Under the pieces are notes generated by a model. That model did no database searches. It was not told the origin of the DNA and saw only the letters and a program-made list of their open reading frames with translations. This document shows, one piece after another, positions 60,957-64,000 of a stretch of 64,000 nucleotides of DNA. The stretch's first letter is position 1. Every line of letters begins with the position of its first letter. The stretch lies in assembly GCA_963662945.1 (NCBI GenBank), contig OY759974.1, forward strand, positions 1,632,001-1,696,000, read 5' to 3'. The translations under genes were made by a program, and so were the position numbers. Source of the DNA: Arcobacteraceae bacterium. Lineage in GTDB: Bacteria; Campylobacterota; Campylobacteria; Campylobacterales; Arcobacteraceae.

Positions 60957-61630
60957 TGTGTTAAAGTTTCGTAAGGAATTTTATCAGTCTCACCTGCAAG
61001 TGCAAACCCTTTTAACCGTAATCTACAACTATCACATACCCCACATGCTTTATCTTCATTTTTATAACAACTCCAAGTGTATTCTAAAGGAACATTTAAT
61101 TCAATTGCTTTTTTTACAATTTGTTCTTTTGTCATATGAACAAGAGGGGTAATAATCTCTAGTTGAGTTTCTTTACGTGTTCCTTGATTCATAGCATTTT
61201 GCATCTTTTCTATAAATGTATCTGTACAATCAGGATACCCGCTGCTATCCTCTTGCACAACACCTATGTAGAGTGCAGTTGCTCCATGTTTTTCAGCAAT
61301 TGCTGTAGCGATACTTAGAAAAATACCATTTCTAAATGGTACATAAGTAATAGGAACACCATCTTCAATTCCATTTACAGGTACATCAATAGAATTATCA
61401 GTAAGTGCACTAGCACCAATTTGAGTAAAAAATGGGATATTTATCTCATATTTTTCTTTTACATTAAGTTCAATACAAATATTTCTAAATGCTTCTAACT
61501 CTTTGTGTTCTGTTCTTTGTCCATAATTAAAATGTACAGAAATAATCTCATATCCCTCATTTTGGGCAATATAAGAAGATAATGTTGAGTCCATTCCACC
61601 ACTTAATATACATACTGCTTTTTTATTCAT
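60953..61630 (-). CDS. queC: 7-cyano-7-deazaguanine synthase
   Basis: SGGMDS, YGQR, TYVPFRN, GYPDC, TWSCY...CGVCDSC. Confidence 0.96.
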   Translation of the reverse strand: MNKKAVCILSGGMDSTLSSYIAQNEGYEIISVHFNYGQRTEHKELEAFRNICIELNVKEKYEINIPFFTQIGASALTDNSIDVPVNGIEDGVPITYVPFRNGIFLSIATAIAEKHGATALYIGVVQEDSSGYPDCTDTFIEKMQNAMNQGTRKETQLEIITPLVHMTKEQIVKKAIELNVPLEYTWSCYKNEDKACGVCDSCRLRLKGFALAGETDKIPYETLTH

Positions 61631-61645
61631 ATCTTATTCTCGCTC

Positions 61646-62863
61646 CTAATTAAAAAAATCTTTTTGAACATCTGTATAAAACTTCCAATTAATTGGAATA
61701 ACTTTTACAATATCATCTTTAAGTAATCCTGTTAGGTTTTTATTGAGGATTATCATACTGTTGCATTTATGTAAAACCCCAACCATACCTGGAAATCTTT
61801 TTTTAGATGGGATAAAACAATCCCCATCAAACCAACCAGGAATAATAGTAGTTCTTCCTTTTTTATTTTTTAAATCTTCACTTATTTTTGTAGTGATGTA
61901 GTTGTGATAAATATCTTTACTACCAGAGAGTTTTTGAATGATAATAGTTCCAAATACTTCAAAAATTAATGCAGCTGCAAGTGGATTTCCTGGAAGATTG
62001 AGTATATATGTGTCTCCTAATTTTCCAAAAATAGTTGGTTTTCCTGGTTTAATAGTAACTCCATTAAAAAGTATATCCATCTCAAATTTTTCAAAAGCTT
62101 CTTGTGTAAAATCAGCTTCACCAACACTGATTCCACCAGTTGTAATGATAAAATCGGCATGTAAAGAGTTTTCAATCATTTGTTGTAAAGATTCAATATT
62201 GTCCTGTGCCATACCTGCAAAACTTACATCACAACCAAGCTCATTAACCCTTGAAAGAATAGTTGGAGTATTTGAATTAAATATTTGATAATCTTCTATT
62301 TTTTCATAATGAAGTTTTAATTCTTCACCACTAGTAAAAACACTTACTTTTGGTTTTCTGTATACTTTTACGTGAGTTATCCCTTGTGAAGCTAAAATAG
62401 TTATTGCAGAAAAATTAATTTCATCTCCATCAACGAGAATTTTTTCATCTTTTAGTATATCTTCACCTACAAATCGAATATGTTGATTTTTTTCGATTCC
62501 TCTTGGAATTCTAATATGTTGTTCATCGATTATGTCAACAAGTTCAAAAGGTACAACAGCTTCCACACTTGAAGGTATTCTGGCACCTGTCATTATTTTA
62601 ATACATTGTGTAGGTTCTATTTGGGTTTCTTTTGGTGAACCTGCAAAAATATCGTCACATATTTTTACAATTTCACCCTCATCACAAAGTTTGACTCCAT
62701 ATCCATCCATAGCAGAATTGTTAAAAGATGGTAAAGAATATTTTGCATAGATGTCTTGAGCTATAATTTTTTTATTACTATTTTCTATTGGTACTATTTC
62801 GTAAGAGATTTTTGTAATATTTGATTTTATTATTCGAAGAGCTTCTTTGATACATATACCCAT
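61646..62863 (-). CDS. moeA: Molybdopterin molybdotransferase
   Basis: SAMDGY, IMTGA, SGEEL, TTGGISVG, KPGKP, LPGNP. Confidence 0.95.
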   Translation of the reverse strand: MGICIKEALRIIKSNITKISYEIVPIENSNKKIIAQDIYAKYSLPSFNNSAMDGYGVKLCDEGEIVKICDDIFAGSPKETQIEPTQCIKIMTGARIPSSVEAVVPFELVDIIDEQHIRIPRGIEKNQHIRFVGEDILKDEKILVDGDEINFSAITILASQGITHVKVYRKPKVSVFTSGEELKLHYEKIEDYQIFNSNTPTILSRVNELGCDVSFAGMAQDNIESLQQMIENSLHADFIITTGGISVGEADFTQEAFEKFEMDILFNGVTIKPGKPTIFGKLGDTYILNLPGNPLAAALIFEVFGTIIIQKLSGSKDIYHNYITTKISEDLKNKKGRTTIIPGWFDGDCFIPSKKRFPGMVGVLHKCNSMIILNKNLTGLLKDDIVKVIPINWKFYTDVQKDFFN

Positions 62864-62886
62864 TCTGTCGTTCCTTAATTTTTATA

Positions 62887-62895
62887 TGATATAAT
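62887..62895 (+). promoter_or_regulatory. Extended -10 promoter element
   Basis: TGaTATAAT 30 bp upstream of the ATG at 62926. Confidence 0.5.
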
Positions 62896-62925
62896 AGCAA
62901 AAATTTTCATATAGGTATATTATAA

Positions 62926-63330
62926 ATGGATTTCGTATCAATCTCAATCACAACACATGTGTATGCAATAGTGGCTTTAATGCTCATAATGGTTTTTAAT
63001 TTTTATAGTGTAATGAGAATGAAAGATTTTATAAGTTTAACTCAACGGTTACGATTTATGACACCTATATTTCATATGGCAAATGCTTTTGTAGTGTACA
63101 CAGGAGCTATTGTTGCTGCTTATTCTCATGATTTAAGTCTTACAGTTATCTTGATGATTGCAACTTCAATTTTTGTGATGGTTTTAGAGATAAAAAGATA
63201 TAAAAAAATGAAGTTTATTAAGTCTACACAAATTGCAAAACAACAAGAATTTGTAATGTTTGCTAAAAAAATATATAATCTTGAAATTATAGCAGTTTTA
63301 TTTACATATACAATTTCAAAAATCTTCTAA
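62926..63330 (+). CDS. Hypothetical 4-TM membrane protein
   Basis: 134 aa with four hydrophobic segments. Confidence 0.75.
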   Translation: MDFVSISITTHVYAIVALMLIMVFNFYSVMRMKDFISLTQRLRFMTPIFHMANAFVVYTGAIVAAYSHDLSLTVILMIATSIFVMVLEIKRYKKMKFIKSTQIAKQQEFVMFAKKIYNLEIIAVLFTYTISKIF

Positions 63331-63331
63331 A

Positions 63332-64000
63332 ATGCAATTTACATATTCAGAAGAAGCTTCACAACCAACTATTACAATAGAAGCAGAGCTTCATAAATAT
63401 CTATTTAAGGTGCGAAGACATAATATTGAAGATGATTTATATTTTAGAAATTTAAAAGATAAAAATCTTTATAGATATAAAGTGGAAACTATAGATAGAA
63501 GAAAAACTACCCTTAAACTTATTGATTATGAAGAAAAAATAATTGAGCCTACAAAAGAACTTCATATTGGTTGGTGTGTGATTGATCCAAAATCAGTAGA
63601 AAAATATATAGCTTCTTTAAATGAATTGGGTGTAACAAAAATCACATTTATAATGTGTCAATATTCTCAAAAACAATACAAAGAAAACTTTGATAAGTTA
63701 GAAAAACTACTTATAAACTCATCAAGCCAATGTGGCAGAAGTAGTATTATAGAACTTGATAGCTGTAAAAATTTAGATACTTTTTTAGAAAAATATCCAA
63801 ACTCTTATATGTTTAATTTTTCACAAAATAACATTGTAGAATACAAAAATAATATAGATACAATTGTTTTAGGGTGTGAAGGTGGTTTTTCAAAAAATGA
63901 AATTGAAAGATTGCAAGAAGATAAAATCGTTGGTATCGATTCAAATTTGATTCTTCGAAGTGAAACAGCGGCTCTTACTTTGGCTTCCGTTCTTTTGAGT
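63332..64000 (+). CDS. rsmE: 16S rRNA m3U1498 methyltransferase RsmE (no stop codon before the window end)
   Basis: Own translation: MQFTYSEE...HKYLFKVRR...LNELGV...SSSQCGRS...LGCEGGFS...LILRSETA. Confidence 0.9.
   Translation, partial: MQFTYSEEASQPTITIEAELHKYLFKVRRHNIEDDLYFRNLKDKNLYRYKVETIDRRKTTLKLIDYEEKIIEPTKELHIGWCVIDPKSVEKYIASLNELGVTKITFIMCQYSQKQYKENFDKLEKLLINSSSQCGRSSIIELDSCKNLDTFLEKYPNSYMFNFSQNNIVEYKNNIDTIVLGCEGGFSKNEIERLQEDKIVGIDSNLILRSETAALTLASVLLS

Noticed and set aside
1-64000. tRNA/rRNA genes, transposases, prophage genes, phase-variable poly-G/C tracts
   Set aside because: None recognised; intergenic gaps are short and AT-rich, and I noticed no long G/C homopolymer

Overview
AT-rich bacterial chromosome segment, almost certainly Campylobacterota and probably Arcobacteraceae. 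This is inferred from the gene orders tig-clpP-def, glmU-coaBC-uppS-pilD-lptF-truA, fabZ-lpxA-clpX-mreB-mreC and fabG-acpP-fabF-accA, and from a QWRQPL-type histidine kinase. The first 14 kb hold a ~4,560-aa LapA-like type I-secreted adhesin. It has 15 apparently identical 312-bp repeats, a LapG-type TAAG site and several C-terminal ligand-binding modules. Most of the rest is housekeeping genes. Accessory-looking spots: (1) a methyltransferase + HNH nuclease + XRE regulator islet between greA and argC, with twin palindromic operators; (2) a second, divergent QueC translationally coupled to a 2-TM unknown protein right behind a queuosine-precursor transporter, ~2 kb from the canonical queC; (3) a ~160-bp element with 30-bp perfect inverted repeats between argC and recN; (4) a tandem pair of 342-aa unknown paralogues. 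I saw no rRNA, tRNA, CRISPR, integrase or transposase. All functional calls come from motif recognition by eye, not from database searches.
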